From: Chrysomallon squamiferum
Taxonomy: Eukaryota > Animalia > Mollusca
NCBI GenBank assembly: GCA_012295275.1
Contig: CM022671.1
Coordinates: 9,300,001 to 9,364,000, forward strand
Direction: 5' to 3'
Length of the DNA stretch: 64,000 nucleotides
Part shown: positions 13,553 to 29,174 of the stretch, piece by piece
Layout: each line of letters begins with the position of its first letter
Position numbering within the stretch: the first letter of the stretch is position 1
Translations under genes and position numbers: made by a program
Notes under the pieces: generated by a model
The model's input: only the letters and a program-made list of their open reading frames with translations
Told to the model about the DNA's origin: nothing
Database searches by the model: none

Positions 13553-14057
13553 AGCAAACATGTTAACTGCAGGTGAAGAGGATGATACCAAGACACTATA
13601 CTGGACCAGTGAAAATAATAGAATGAACACCAGTGATTCTGTTGTAACTAAATTGGAAGTGGCAGTGCAACTTGTCACACAATGAGATCATAGCTGAATC
13701 CTGTCTGTTTTCACTCACACACTTTTCATCACAATCCACAGAGACTCGTTTACACCATTACAATTGGAATCATTTTCACTATGCTAACATGCATTTGGCT
13801 CTCCATCAATTGTATTGCACGTTAATGAAAGAGACATGTAATGACATTTAATCTTCTAGTAGATCACATCTGATTAACAAACATGCTGAAATGATTAATT
13901 TTAACTGCACAAGTCACTAAGGTATTATAACTAAAATCGTTCACATCCAATAAGAATAATATCCTACTTTTGTAGTGATAAAGTATAATGCTGAAGTTTT
14001 GTTTGTAATATGTGATTACAGGTGGAACACATAATCAAATTAACAATCAATATATTT

Positions 14058-14088
<31 letters not shown>

Positions 14089-15246
14089 TGCTAATGATTA
14101 TTTTAGAGAGAGAGAGAGACAGAGAGTAAAAAAGAAAGAAAAATATGAACAGATTTAAACATATTTTTCAGAATGAATATCTTCCATTATTAAACATGTT
14201 GAACCTCCTTTGTTAACGTGTTATTTAATGCTTCAAATAATGAAAAAACAAGTAAATGCATTAGTTTAAACATGTTTTACAAATCACTTTATTTTATTAA
14301 CTCAAAAGGAACCATTCTAATGTATTCACTGAACAAAATATTCAATTAGTAATTTAATATTTATTATTTGAACAAATTATATTTCATTTTTATTTTTTAA
14401 ATAATTCATTTATCTATATTTCTTTTTTATTTCAGAATGACAAAACAACAATGGAAAAAAAAAAGAAGAAAAAAATCACAAAAAGCATCAAAGTTTACTG
14501 TCTACAATAATTCAGTGAGAGAAACAATTCAGAGGAAAACTATTAAATCTCTTGTGAAAATTAAAAAATCTTTCAAATCCTTTTATCATCAGACATGAAA
14601 TATTTCCAAGGTTTACAATTTTTCTTTTTCTCTTTACATTTATAATCCACAAATGTCAATGGGCACTTTCAAGTCACTATTTCCTCAAATGATTATTAAC
14701 AGCTTATTAATTCAATCTGTTAATAAAACACTTTTTGTTCTGATTAAATTTTCTTTTTCTCTTTAAATCTTTTTAACTATTTAACAAAGGACTTCCACAT
14801 TGTTCAACAGGAGTTTAAAATCTCAGATGTCTAAAATTAAGTTATTTAAGTTTTGTGTTAATTACTGTATACTTGAAGTACTTATATAGAGGGGTTAACA
14901 AGATCAAGTTTCTCAGTTTATTTGGTGTGTACAATTAAATTTAGTTTTTGAAAGTAACGGTAAAAGTTTCTATGTATTAGTAAGATTAATGCATGTGCAT
15001 ACATATGTGTGTCTTATTATCATCAAGTACATACACTGAATTAAAAACTTTGATATATATTAAAATGCAAATGATAACATATAACATATATGAAAAAGAA
15101 ACTGTAATCTGCAGGTATCATTCCAAATGATCAGGTTGTAAGGGTTGTAAAGTGGGTCATTCTGAATAATCGTAATGTATACCAAGGAATATTAATAGGA
15201 GTGACGATACCTGTAAGAAATAGAACCAATGACTGTTAACAGTAAT

Positions 15247-15285
15247 CACACAGACACACACACACACACACACACAGACAGACAG

Positions 15286-15316
<31 letters not shown>

Positions 15317-15322
15317 CATACA

Positions 15323-15352
<30 letters not shown>
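15247..15352. repeat. Compound (CA)n/(CAGA)n/(CATA)n microsatellite
   Basis: Read directly; it explains track ORFs 15157 and 15229. Confidence 0.97.
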
Positions 15353-15353
<1 letters not shown>

Positions 15354-17779
15354 TCAGAGAAAACAGAACTATGAAGAATTGTTATTAGGAGTCATAATAC
15401 ATATACCAAGTAAAACCTAAGAATATTATTAAGAGTCAACATAAATGTACCAAATAGAATGACCAATGACATCATATACCAAGGAATCTTCAGCAAATGT
15501 CTGGTAGAATCATCAAGGAATGGTGTCATTTTGAGACACAATCCATTGTTCTATACAAAGTGGCAATGGAATTATTGCTTTGATTAACATGTCCAAAATC
15601 AACAGAGTGCAAACCTCTTCAGTGACAACACTGGACTCACTAATTGACTATGTGAGGTCTACAGATACACGATGACAACACTGGCAAATCTAGATATATC
15701 AGCAAAATACACTTCAAACAAGTGACAGATTCCTTTATTAACTTACATTACACATAATAACTGGATTATGGTTAATTTTGTTTGGCATAAATGGGTCATG
15801 GACATCACAGTATTTAACCTTAATACTTTATGGCAAGAAAAAGGTGTTGGTGTAGTGTTTGTGTTAATCTAGATAATTATCTTTGGTCTGATGTTAATTT
15901 TATTTCTGTATGATAGGTTTCATCTTACAGATGTATGTGCATGTACAACATCAGTGTCCTATATGTCAATAACTATACTTTTAATATTTGGTGTATATTT
16001 GTTCATTATTAAATATTTTCTTTCTCAATAATAAGAAATATCTGAAACAGATAGATGTTAATGAGTAATTGTTATATATTGTTATATTTATGGTTTATGT
16101 TATTCTTAAATCTATTTATTTAAATGCATCTCTGTTTGCTTTTTGTTTTGTTTCGTTTTTCAATTTTTTATTCTTGTTTTTAATTTTATATTCATATTTC
16201 ATTTGATGTTATAACTGTATTTTATATTATTAGTGTAAATTCAAAATCCCATATTTACTGTACATTTCATGCAAAACGAATATTACTATACTATAAATAC
16301 AATTAATTATTATTATACAAATGATTGTAATGATATATTATTTTATATTTATTGTCAAATTGTCAAAGTATTTTCAAAATAAGGCCAATGCAGTTCATTT
16401 TATTATAACTATAATTAACTACTACTACAACACACACACACACACACACAGACAAACACAAATACATATACAGACACATGCAGAACCATTGAGAAAGAAA
16501 GATACATGTACACACATATAAACTTATGATTTAATTTTAACAAAATATTAATGTCACAACATTTGAAAATTACATTTTAATTGTGGTAACTGCTGAATTA
16601 TTATAAAAAGAAATGACAAGAAAAACCCCATACATTATTGGAAATTCATTTAAGAGAAAAAGATTATGGGTCTCTCTTACACAGTGCTAGATTGTCTTAG
16701 TGGGGGGTCCTAACAGATGTGTACTGTCAGACAGTACAAATGAATCAGTCCAGACTTTTCCTGTCTTGTCCGTGTGTCTGTGATGATGCACGAGATGCCA
16801 GGAAGATGAAAAAAGAAGCTGAATTAAGCCAAGGAAACCAACTAGAGCTGGTCACAGTTTACACAAATCATGTCCACTTGGAGAAAAATCTAATCTAAAA
16901 GCTTTACCTGCAGACAAGTCAGAGCAATACCCTATCAAGATGAATCACAAGTTTATCAAAACAACATGGTCACAAAGCACTAACTATCAAGTGATGGACT
17001 TTCCTCATCTGTTTTATTTTTATTTTTTTTTATTTATTTTTTTTGGTCTATTTTTTTCTAAACAGTACATGATCAGGAAAGAGTTAATGGTGTAGCATGT
17101 TGATTTAATCAGCAGATTCTTCAAACTGATCATCAGTCTCTAGAAAGATTAGCCTTCGTCAGACCATCCTGAAATATTTCTGAACATTGCCAGACTGGTG
17201 AAGAGTGACTGCCTCCACAATCTGTGAAACATGGATTCCTGATGTATTTGTCATTCCTGTGTTGTTGTTCATGTCTTTTTTCTTCTTATTTCTTTTTTTT
17301 TGTCTGTATTTCTCTTTTTTAAATTCTGAATTATTTTATTTATTTCATTTCATTTCTTTTTTTTCTTTTTTCTTTTTTTGTGGAACCGCTAGGCTGTTTT
17401 TGACTTTTTTTTAAATTATTTTTTTCTTTCTTTCTTTCTGTTTTTTTAATAAAAATTTCATTTAGATTACAACGAAACACATCAGTCCAGTTTTAAGAGT
17501 GTAAATTATAATTAAAGTTTGTAATCTCCCAAAAATAAAAACAAATAAGAATAAAATAAATTAAATAACTACTAAATAATGCTGCCAAATTAGAGCAGCC
17601 TATGGTGTTGCAAATGGTTTTCTTGTACCATTACATTCAAATTATAAAAGAACTCTTGCTGCTAATTATAGAGATGCAACATCAGGTTTCCTCACTCAAA
17701 TCAGTGTGAAAATTGTAAAACATCTGTTGTTACTAATTAAATCATTGAAAACTGCAGATTTGCTCATATTACATTATGT

Positions 17780-17905
17780 TAAAAGTATAAAAGTATTTTG
17801 CTGCTGACTGTGGCAACAGCTTTCCCTTCTCATGTCATTATTATGTTGGAATAGTATATTATCATGTAATATTAATAAAAAGTAAAATGTGTTGAGTTGC
17901 TATAG
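17780..17905 (+). mobile_element. Degenerate SINE-like fragment
   Basis: ataaaagtattttgctgctgactgtggcaacagc...ttcccttctca...taaaatgtgttgagt; partial match to the same motif series. Confidence 0.35.
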
Positions 17906-19820
17906 ACATATGATCAGTGAAAACAAGAGTACAGATATACAGATATGTGAAACTAATTAAAAGTTTCAACCAAAGAGGATGACAAATTACATCTGAGGTT
18001 AATTTAATCATTTTATTTCTTTTCAGGATCTATTCGAGAAGCAAAACAACCCCAAGAAGGAAGGAAAAAAAATAAAACTGCCTAACAAATTACCAAAATA
18101 AAATAATTTATTCATGGGAACAAATTAATTTTGGCTTCTTTTAGAGAAACCAGAAAATTAGAAATATCTTTATTTGTGGAAAGTAGGTAGACCATGGAAA
18201 TAAGGTGTCCAAGATAATTTGTCTGGCAGGCTAAGATGAGACATGTTACACCACCCCTATTCTAAGTCCTAATTACACATTTCCTACTCAACTGAAATTC
18301 TAATAAATGCTTATTGTTAAGATGAACCCCAGTGTTCTTGTTCTTTTTGGCATCTTACTGTAATGATTAGAAATACCTTCCCCCCACAAAAATTAAAAAA
18401 TAAAATAAAACAGATGTTGCCAAAGGGTATTTAAAATAATTAGGAATAGATATAAATATATATATTATTTAGTTTTAACAAAAAAGAAGTAGAAAATTGA
18501 ACTGCCTTTTTAAAAAAAGTTTTTGTATTAATGCACAGTTATTTTTAAACTGAAATTACTTACTGCCTCATTAGAAACACTTAATTTTGAATACAATCTT
18601 TTCAGTTTAGATCCAATCTTTTTGACATTAATTCCTTATAATTTTCATCTTAAACTGTGTTCAAAATAAAATACATGATTTTAAAATTGTTGAATAAGAT
18701 ATGATGAGAAGTTTAACTTACTTTTTAAATTATTTTGATTTTGTATTTATATCAATATGCTTGACACTAATTGCTTGAAATGTTTATCGCAAGTTGTGCA
18801 CAAAACAAACACCTGATTTTATAACTAGATATTATTAGACACACACACACACACACACACATTTATATGTTTTCAAAAGCAATTAACATTTATTAATTTA
18901 AATAAATAAGTAAATAAATAAATAAATAAGTAAATGAAATCTGATAAAAGGTACCATATGATACATGAGTTACATATATATGCTTTCAGAAAATTAACAA
19001 AAATAGTCTTTACTATATCAGTATTTCAACTCTGAATCTTAAGCTAGTCTTTAGATAAATGTGTATGGGTATTGTACCGATTTATTATTATTATTATCAC
19101 CATCATCATCATATTTTTCAGTAACAGTAGTAGTAGTAGTAGTTGTAGTAGTAGTAATAGTAGCTATAATAGCAATAACAGACATAGTATTTATTTATTA
19201 TTATTAATATTATTATTAGTTATTGTATTAGCAGTAGCAGCAGTAGCAGCAGTAATAGCAGAGGTAGTTTTTATTTAATTTTTTACTGTCTTTATTATTT
19301 AATTGTTATTTACTTTTAAATCAAAGGGCAAAAATGTCTGTTAGTTCAGTGTAAAGAATTTTCAATGGTTTATAGTAAAAATATTTACCTTTCTCTAGGT
19401 TAGTGTTTATACAGCAAAATCTGAACCAGAAATAGTTGAAAAATAAATATTTCATTAATTAAACCTGTCAAACTTTTCTTTTTCATTTAAAGGAAATATG
19501 TTTTTTAAGAAAAATATGTTTTTGGAATGTCAGTTCTTTAAAGAAAATAAGCTCATGTAAAATATCAAACTGCCAAACTATTCCCAGTTTGATTTTAGTT
19601 TTAAAAAAATATAAAAAATAAAAGCTAAACATCAAATAGAGCTACATTTTCAAAGCAGTTAATCTTGAAATAAATAATAGTTTTGTCTTTAAAAACAGCT
19701 ATAAATACATATTTGATTTTCTGAGATGAACATATATTTTAATATTTATTTGGAAAATGACATCAGTCAAAAGAGTCAGTGTGAGTAGTCCTACTTTCAT
19801 CCTCATAAATGATAGTTATC

Positions 19821-19853
<33 letters not shown>

Positions 19854-22800
19854 TGATATGTTATTATCATTGTGATGGATTAATTGATTTAAAAATGTAA
19901 CTACATTTGAAGACTTTAATTTCAAAACACGATAATTGCCAAATCAAAATAAAGAAAAAAAAAAATATCACCATTTGACAGCTGCTGTTCAATGCCCTAT
20001 AATCATTTTTCTCAAATTTCTACATCCACTGCTGATCCAGCTGTAGACTATAGACCTTCGTTGCAAAACATTATAAACTCCAGAGCAGAAACATCATTTT
20101 TCTCAAAACAAAGAAAATGGATTTATAGCATTTTTGTATTCAAATTCTTCATTTGTTGTTTCATTGTTTTTACTTTTTTCTCTCTCTCTCTCTTTTTCCT
20201 TTTCTTTTCTGGTGATAGACACTTTTTTTTTGCAAGTGTATAACTGATTCATGACTTTTGGGACAGAAGTTATTCTTGAAAACATATGTTTATTCATCAC
20301 ACTTTTAGAAACATTTTGAATTCAAAAGCATGTGCCCATATCTGTATTGAAACAATTTTTGTTTTGCAGCAAGTTAAACTTTTCAACTGCTCCCACATTT
20401 GTCAGTACAAGCAATACGTTGAAATGAATGGTGTATTAATTATTAGTTAACCTTTTGAATTCACACAGTCTTGGTGCATATACATACATCAACACTGTCG
20501 GATATTTGATACAAATGTGAATGATATCAACATTTCTGGCCACAAGACCAAACAGTCCTGTGTAGGAATTAGGCCAGTTTAATTAGACAGTACTACTGGT
20601 CACAGTAATTAAAGACTTGAAAGAAAATATTTAATAATGCTTAATTAATATCAGTCATCCAGTTTGTTATGACATTTTTAATAGTTGTGTCATCTGGTAC
20701 ACTTTCTGTGAATTACTGCATATGCTGATAAAAATCGGTCAGTGAATATGGAATAAAATATCTGAATTTTGTTAAATGTGATACCAGTATTTTTCATTAC
20801 TATAAAAATTAATTAAACAATTTTCAACAACAACAGTGTATTATGTTATATTTATTGAATATTATTATTATTAACGTAATTAAAAGAAATGTGTATAATG
20901 ATAAAACGGATATGGTTTTAAAACAAACTTTCCAGGGAGGGACTACCATGGATGATGACATAACAGAACTTTTCTGGATATAACAAATACATATGAGGAG
21001 TGACTGATCAGCAAAAACAATTTTCACCAACCCTGATATATATATATATATATATATAAAAAATAAAAAAATAAACAAAAAGCACAAAAAGACATTTTTA
21101 TTTCTTCCTTTTTCATAGATAAAAGAGGATAATAACAATAAAATATAATATTAAATTCACCTAATCCTTTTGGGATTCTGAGGTGAAGATGGAGTTTTAT
21201 TTTGTTTTGCTTATTAATTTATTCATTCATTGAAAATAATGGATTCTTTGATGATAAGACATAGCATTGTATTGAACTATTTTAATTCATTATCTTAAAT
21301 GTAACATTTACTTCCTTTACCTGCCCTTACTGCAGAGTGATTAATATTCCCTCAAACTGATAGCTTGCTCAAGAAGATTATTACTACTACTAGTACAATG
21401 TGTATCATGAAAAATGGATATCAAACAGAACAATGAGCCAACAAAGACTGGCTCCAGTAGACAATGACAAGGATGAACACAGGATGTCTTCTGAACATTT
21501 CCTGGTAAACAGGACAAGATATTTTCATCCTATCACTTCCTTAGATGTCTATGTGTATGTGAAAGTATTCCACAAAAATGCACACGATGTAAAATGGCTT
21601 GAAAGTCAAGATGGTCTGTACAGATAAAGTATGAAGTCAAGATGGTAATAGTAATTCTGGGACGGCAACACTAGAAGGTCAACAAATAGAAAAAAGGAAC
21701 AAATAAATCTGAAACATCCAGTGTATGGTACAGTTAATAAAATACACTGGCAATATTTTTCTTGAGGCATGGCTCTATGGGGCTGCTTGTGGTACGATGA
21801 TGATAAGCATTTCTGTTTATTAATACAACATTTGATTATTATGAAGACGTACAGCTGAAAAAAATTACCTTGAGCACAAAAATATCCTTCTTCCAGAATC
21901 AATATTAATAGTTTTGATCAGTTGTTTGATGGTCTTTGATTTAATTTTTTAATTATCACCCTTTTATATTTTATATCTTTTGGGTAATATACACCAAAGT
22001 TATATAACTATTGCATTAGTAATAATATATATTATTTTGTTTCCCTAAAATTTCAAATATGTCTTTATGGAGTTTAAAGATTCTTAAAGACATGTTGCCT
22101 TAATTTTGTTTTCTCTTTAGAGTATTATTATCATCATTATTGTAGATAATTATTTTAAATTTTGTTTATTTTAATATCTTACCATTCATGTTTAAATTAT
22201 ATATTTCATATTTATAACTCAAATAATGGAACTAACCATCAAGAACAAAAGAACAGCTAATTAATTAAATAATCAATAATAAAGATAAAGTTACTTTAAG
22301 ATCTCCAAGACGCTTAAAAAAAAAAAAAAAAAATAATATGTATAAATATATATAAAAATAAAAATGATAATAAATGAACAAATAAATAAAAAAAAAATCA
22401 CCATCAGTATGTGTTATACATTTTTATCCCTAACAAATTAAGAAACTGTAAATGTGATCTATGAAACCAATCATTTTTTTTAAATTTATTTTTTAACTTT
22501 CTCAAACAGTATTAATTTTTTGTGGATCAATGCCTATCTTTTTTCTGCTCCATTCATATTCTAACTGAAAAACAACTGAAATATATTTTTATCAGGGAAA
22601 TAAAGCATTATAATGACAAATAATCTAAGGCTTAATAATATGTTACTTTTAAACTTTCAGTTTCTATATAATATTAATGCTAGTACATAATTTTTTTATT
22701 TTAAAAATGAAATAAAATAGTTTAAAGTACAGAAATATTCTGTTTTTAGATTCCTGTCAATATGAAGGGTTGATGTTATAGATGTATGACATCAAAGTTC

Positions 22801-23636
22801 TATTTGTCTATAACTATTCCTGTTCATTCTTTTAATGTGAATAACAATTTTGTTAAATTTAGTGTATACTGGATGGTATTAAACAAATTAATTCTTAAAA
22901 TAAACTTGTAAAACAATTCTATCTATCTATATTTATTTTTTTGGATGGCACATTATAAGAAAAATTTGACAGAGATGCTAAATACACAGTATTTATATGC
23001 TTAGCTGATAATACCAGAGAGTATATAAAAAGTATATCACAAATGGATGGCAATTTTTTCTAACAAAAGGTTAATATTTGTATGGAATTTTCTCATCTAG
23101 TGGAAAGAATTAGAGCAGTCATAAAATCAATACTTTATGAAAAATGTTACATAATGCTTTATGCAATGTTTGCATACTCCCAGACTGGCATATATGATCT
23201 ATGATTAAGATTTTTTGAAGAAAAAAAGAGTAGAAAATAAAGGTAAATGTATTGTGTTAGTGAAAATTGATAATGTGTTTACAGATGAAAGAATAAGTGT
23301 TTAAGGTGTTTATAAATAAAGGAATATGGAGGGTAATTATATATGAAAGAAATTTTCATTAAATCTTATTATAAAGAATATGAAGATTAATCTGTTTTTT
23401 TGGCATGTATGTGTATGTGTGTGTGTGCGAGTGTGTGTGTATGTGTCTATTTATCTTCCAATATATGCATGAATGTTTATTTTTGTTTGTCTGTACATAA
23501 CTTGTGTGTGTGTGTGTGTGTGTCTGTCTGTCTGTCTGAGTGTTATGTATGAGAAAGAGAGATGAGCACTACTTGAAATTATCTTCATTTTGCAATATTT
23601 CTGTGGATCAGTAGTATCTTAAAACATAACTATTCT

Positions 23637-23677
<41 letters not shown>

Positions 23678-24855
23678 TATATTAAAATATTTTTAATGAT
23701 TAATCTCTAACAACACCTATTCAGCATTTGAAACAGCAAAATCTCAAAACCTTTATTTCATTTCTTCCATAATCAAAATAATAATAATTATAATTATAAT
23801 TAAAAACACATAAATCCATTAATAAGTCCAAGAAGACTTGTCCATAAGAACACAACATGACCAATATTTGGATTAAGTTCCTAAGTGAAAAACCAGATGC
23901 AGGACTCATATTAAAGTGCTTCTTTAAACCAACTGTATGTCTAACTATATTCTCTGCAATAAACACTAACTCACAGTTGTGTGTACAAGGCATGTTCAGC
24001 GGATACAAGACACCAATAAATCTTATTCTGTAAAAACATGACCAGTACATCACATTGCCAAAGTAATTTGCAAGGGATTCACAAATATGATATTTCATCT
24101 AATGCTTCAGTATTTCCCTTCCCTCTGCCATTTGTAATGAATTATTTCCTTACTTTTATGTTTTTATTGCTGAATTAAAAAAAAATAATATTAATTTCTC
24201 TGTTTGTATGCATGTATAGATATGTGTATGTATTACTATATGTTCGTATTTTATATATGTCTGTATGGATGAATATATTTAATGTACATGTAGTGTATGT
24301 GTTATGTATGTTTATATATTAAATATATGCAGAGAAAGAGAGAGACAGGGAAAAAAGCAAGAGAGAATGAGACAGAGAGAGGGAAAGAGAGATACAGAAA
24401 CATGAAAAACATCAGAATATACAATATGTATTATATTAATTAATCAGAGAGACAAACAGACAAAACAGACAGAAAGCCAGAAACAGTTAAAATCATCAGA
24501 GATTTGAAAACAACCTATATAGACAACATGACCAACTGACCAATTATTAGATCAAGTCCTGCGAAACTTAATTTAGCTTCGACAAAGAGAAGGTGTGCAT
24601 TGATAATGAATGGTGATTTCAGAACTGTTCAGGTTAAGTATCAGTCAATGGGAGGCATGCCACCTGCCAGCCTGGACAAGTTCCCAGTTTGTCAATAGTA
24701 GAAGGATTTCTATCAGTCTCCCACTGTTCGGTACAGTTACAACTATTTTGTATATGACATCTATCTCAAGATGGAGAAAAAAAGTTTGAAGTTCTGTTTC
24801 TGTAAGGACAATGATAAAGACTGTCTGTCTCTCTGGCTCTTTCTCTTTCAACCCT

Positions 24856-24857
<2 letters not shown>

Positions 24858-24907
<50 letters not shown>
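24858..24907. repeat. (CA)n microsatellite
   Basis: Read directly from the sequence. Confidence 0.98.
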
Positions 24908-24908
<1 letters not shown>

Positions 24909-25780
24909 TTATCCAACTAACAAAATCATACATGTGGTTGTACATAAATATTAACAGTTTATTATCAAATAGCTTCAAACAATCATTACATCTGATACCT
25001 TATTTCAAATAGAAATAAGCTATAAACCCAATCCTCAAAGGGATCAAAACACCTGAGATAAAAGGACAAAGTTGTTTTATCACAGTATATAATAACCATT
25101 ACAAACTTCGCCAGCCTGGGCTAAATGGTATTTTTGCTTATTACTATGGATTGGCCAGTGTAAGAATACCTTTGATCTGAAATAAATATTTACACTTCAA
25201 CCCTTATCTGTTTGCTTCTTAATTTCTTCAACTTTTATTTTCAGAAGTGAAGAATTAAACTTTATCTCTAGTCACAGTAAAATGGTGATCTAAGAGATGG
25301 CAGAAGGCAGAAGCACCTATTAACTTATGAGAATGATGTTTTTTCATGACAAAACAGATTGCTCTACCACATCATAATGTTCATTTCATGAAAAATAATC
25401 ATCAGTGCTGTTTATTTTTAATATTTTAAAATCTATGTGTTTATGCCTGTGTGTATTTAAGTCTATGAAATAACCCAAGCTAAGTAATTCAACACTGTCT
25501 AATTTGTAGTAGTAAAATTCCATTATACATATACACACATAAACACACGCCAAACATTTAGCATAAAAAAAAGTGAAAAAAAAAATTAAAAAAAAATTCC
25601 AGTATAAATCACTAATCATTTTTAAGTTAAATAGTCAAACAATTTTAAAATATTAAGCAAGGCCGATACTAAATTTAAAATGTTCTACTCTGAAATATTT
25701 ATCAGAATATAACTTCCCAGAAAAGATTATTTATCAAATCAGCAGTTAAACATACAAACAAATCTTTGAACATATAAATA

Positions 25781-25824
<44 letters not shown>

Positions 25825-26053
25825 ATAAGTAATTTATTGAAGTAAAAATATGTCACCTCAAAAATCTGTATGTTTGTCAGTGATTGAAAATATGGAAATT
25901 TATCTAGTCATCATATTTTCTGACAATATGTAGTAATTGCAGGATAAATATTGGTCTGGAACTTAAGTTTGTAGCATTTTTTAACAGAGCATGTGATTTC
26001 ACTTCACACATGACTAAATTATAATCAGGATTTGTACATCTTGTGCTGTCAGA

Positions 26054-26890
26054 ATTTCCATAACTGTTCCAAAACTTTCCATAGCCCACAAATCCAAATT
26101 TCCAAAACCATTTCCAAGAAAACTCAATCATAAAAAGTGTTTTTTGCAGTTTTTAGATATGTTTGTCAGAGTTCAAACTTTTACCTTGACTAAATTGCAT
26201 GGTATATATGTAGGATTACTACTAACAAATAAAACTTAATGTAATTTATTTTGGCATTTCAAAATGCAGTTATATTCTTGAAGTGGACATCACTATGATA
26301 ATATGTAAGGCAGATTGCCAGATATATGATTACAGAAGTATTGCTTCAAAAAGTTTTCGTGTTCCTTTCTTCTTATTCAATTAATAACCCATACCTTTAA
26401 AGTGTCCAAAATCCTACTCCTTATGAGTTTGTGGTCTGAATTATCAGTTGGACTTCTCTCTCAGTTTTTTTATTTCAGAATTTAGGACCTCAATTTCAAG
26501 GATCTTTTTTGCTATCACAGTCTTCCTGAACTATTAGTTTTAGTCAAACAATTTTCATTGGCTATGCTATAATGGCACCTCACTCGTGATGACGGCTTGA
26601 GTTAATCTTTCAGGATCAGGCTAAAACGGAACCACTACCAGAACAGAACCATTTTCTTTGGCTAGGCTATAACATATCTCATTGTATTGGCTAAAACAAG
26701 GCATTGTATCAGGGCTAAATATTGGTGAAACAAACCAGTTTTTCATACATTTTATTTATGGCAAGGACATAATTTTCCATAACTTTTTCCATAGCTAAAG
26801 GTAACAAAACCTGATTTTCCAAAACTTTTACGGTCCTGGAATGTTACAAATTTCCAAAACTTACCAAGACTTTCCAAAATGCGTAGGGAC
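26054..26890. repeat. Relic with two direct-orientation blocks of ttcca(aa/t)a motifs flanking ggcta-rich repeats
   Basis: tttccataact...ttccatagc...ttccaaaac blocks at 26054-26124 and 26773-26880; at least five ggcta motifs at 26560-26720. Confidence 0.55.
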
Positions 26891-29049
26891 CTTGTATAAT
26901 ATATGTATTCTGAAAGATGAACACAATGGCACATATGTGTTTGAATAGATCTATATATAAATATCTAAATACTGTCTTTGAATTTACTTTAAAGATTCTG
27001 TGAATTTCTATTCCAACCCAGTCCAACTATCTACAGATTTTCTTAAAATATACTTTTTAGATGAACCTATATATGTAACTATTTTATGACACATCCTTAT
27101 TTATAAAAAGTTTATTTTAAAAAAATGCCTTCAGATGTTTCTTGTCTAGTAATAATAAAAAGTATTTTTCAAACCTGCTTCACATTGTCACTCCTATTTA
27201 GCATGAGTCTAATCATGAATTAACATAAAAATTCTCACATTCTACTTAGACTGAGTCTGAGAGTAACCATTCACGTAACATGAGAATAAGCAACAACTTC
27301 ACAGCACATTAAACAAATTAATTAATCAACCTTCTCATACTTTATCTGTAACTCACAAAACATAATTCTTATGTAACATATTATTTTCATTAAAATTAAC
27401 AGGTAAGAAAATCTAAATTGATATAATTCACATAAGTTTTAATATGCTGAATGACTGACATCAGACACAATACCGTAAGCCAAATGATCTTAGCCCACGA
27501 ACTCTTACATATAATAAAATAGAAAAAAATAGAAAAATTAAAAAATAAATAAATTAAAATAAATAAATAATAACACAAAAGTGTAATTTCATTGTAGAAG
27601 GTTATACAAGTGCTATGCTTTATAGAAGTCAATAAAACGGAAGGAAAAAATAAATATCACAAAGTAAAAAAAATAAAAAAAATAAAGAAAATATGTTTAT
27701 CTCAGAAAATTCTATTCATGTAACCAAAAGTCAGTAAACACAAGTATTCTGAAGTTATAAAACAAAAATTTGAAAATGACATTTATGACCAATAAATAAT
27801 AAATAATTTAAAAAAATAATAATTGGAATCATATGGAAATGTATTCGCTATAATTTGACACTGAAATTCTGGAAACTCTCTTCATATACAATCTGTTCCT
27901 GTCTGGCTATTTTTTTTTTTATTTTAAATTATGTTACTATGAGAAATATAATTAAATATGTACAGATAACACTGAGTTAGTCTGGCATTACATAATACTG
28001 ATAATATTACACACTTCACCAGTTATCTAATCTGTTCTGTAATTTAATAACTGACTGCAGATTTAATTACTCATATACAGATTTTCACAGAGACATTCAT
28101 ACACACACATACTCATGAAGATATAAATATATTTACTTGCACAAGCACATACAATGTATGCAGTTACATATACACATGCACATGCATAAATATTCTTGCA
28201 TATCCATAACATATACACAAACACAAACACACAAACACAAAAAAAATAATACTTAAATACATATTCACAAAAAAAAATGTAATATATAATTTGAATATTT
28301 CAAAACATAAATAATGTTTCATTTTAATATATTTTCATTCATTATTCAAAAATAAAAGAATAAAAAAAATAAATAAAAAAAATAAAAAAATATTATAATA
28401 ATAAAAATTAATAAACAAATAAATAATAGAGATGTGAATATATTGAAAAAAAATAAATAATAAAATATAATTAATTAATGGGTGGATGATCAAAATATGA
28501 CAAATGAAACTTAAAAAAATATATATTTTTTAAATTATTACTTAGAATCACTAAACAAATAAAATATTAAAAAAACAAAACAATAATAACATTTATTCTG
28601 TGAAGTATTAAAAGAAGAAGAAGAAATCAATGGATTTAAAATTAGAAATCAAATTTATAAGAAATGAAAAATTACAGTTTGAAAACCAAGCCAATAAAAC
28701 ACTTCTAAAAACTTCGCTCATCAAAGTTTCCTGAAAACCCAACTGGAAATCTAATAAATATTCATGGAATCATGTTAAATTAAAATAATTACAATGCTTT
28801 CAAACAGATTTTTTTTAGTTTAAAAAAATAAAATTTTAAAGTAAAATATAAAATAAAATAATAAAATAAAAAATAACTATTTCTTTACCATAGATTTTTC
28901 GGTTATTGTTGTTTAATAGACACTATTTGCACATATAATTTAAAATAAAACATGGACAATTCAAAAGGTTTAAATATCAACTATGTATCACATCGTCCCA
29001 AAATCTATTACTCCATCTTTTATTTATTTATTTATTTACTCAGATAATT

Positions 29050-29174
29050 TGTAGCTCAGTGTGGGCATAATGAATTCTGGATTAAAGGATCTGTACACTC
29101 AGCACATTAAGGCTCATTCTTGCCATATCTGTTTACAGGAACATGCAAACAAAAAGATCCCTTGCTGCTAACTG
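29050..29174 (+). mobile_element. Degenerate tRNA-derived SINE-like fragment
   Basis: A-box-like head tgtagctcagtg plus body motif aaaagatcccttgctgctaac. Related motifs lie near 45335, 17789 and 51198. Confidence 0.5.

Noticed and set aside
13571-13685. Plus-strand exon-like stretch (EEDDTKTLYWTSENNRMNTSDSVVTKLEVAVQLVTQ*) after ctgcag
   Set aside because: Poor pyrimidine tract, no partner exons, no recognisable homology.
15175-15235. ttctatttcttacag|gtatcg as a recursive site
   Set aside because: The regenerated donor is weak, and the segment belongs to a local degenerate repeat (taccaag...att.ttaggagt) continuing to about 15490.
21400-21902. Overlapping 75-aa and 98-aa ORFs as a nested gene or transposase remnant
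   Set aside because: Only a vague resemblance to a DDE-type motif; no splice structure or convincing homology by eye.
23721-24098. 125-aa minus-strand ORF
   Set aside because: No MON2 or other recognisable similarity; it runs into an (ATT)-type low-complexity tract.
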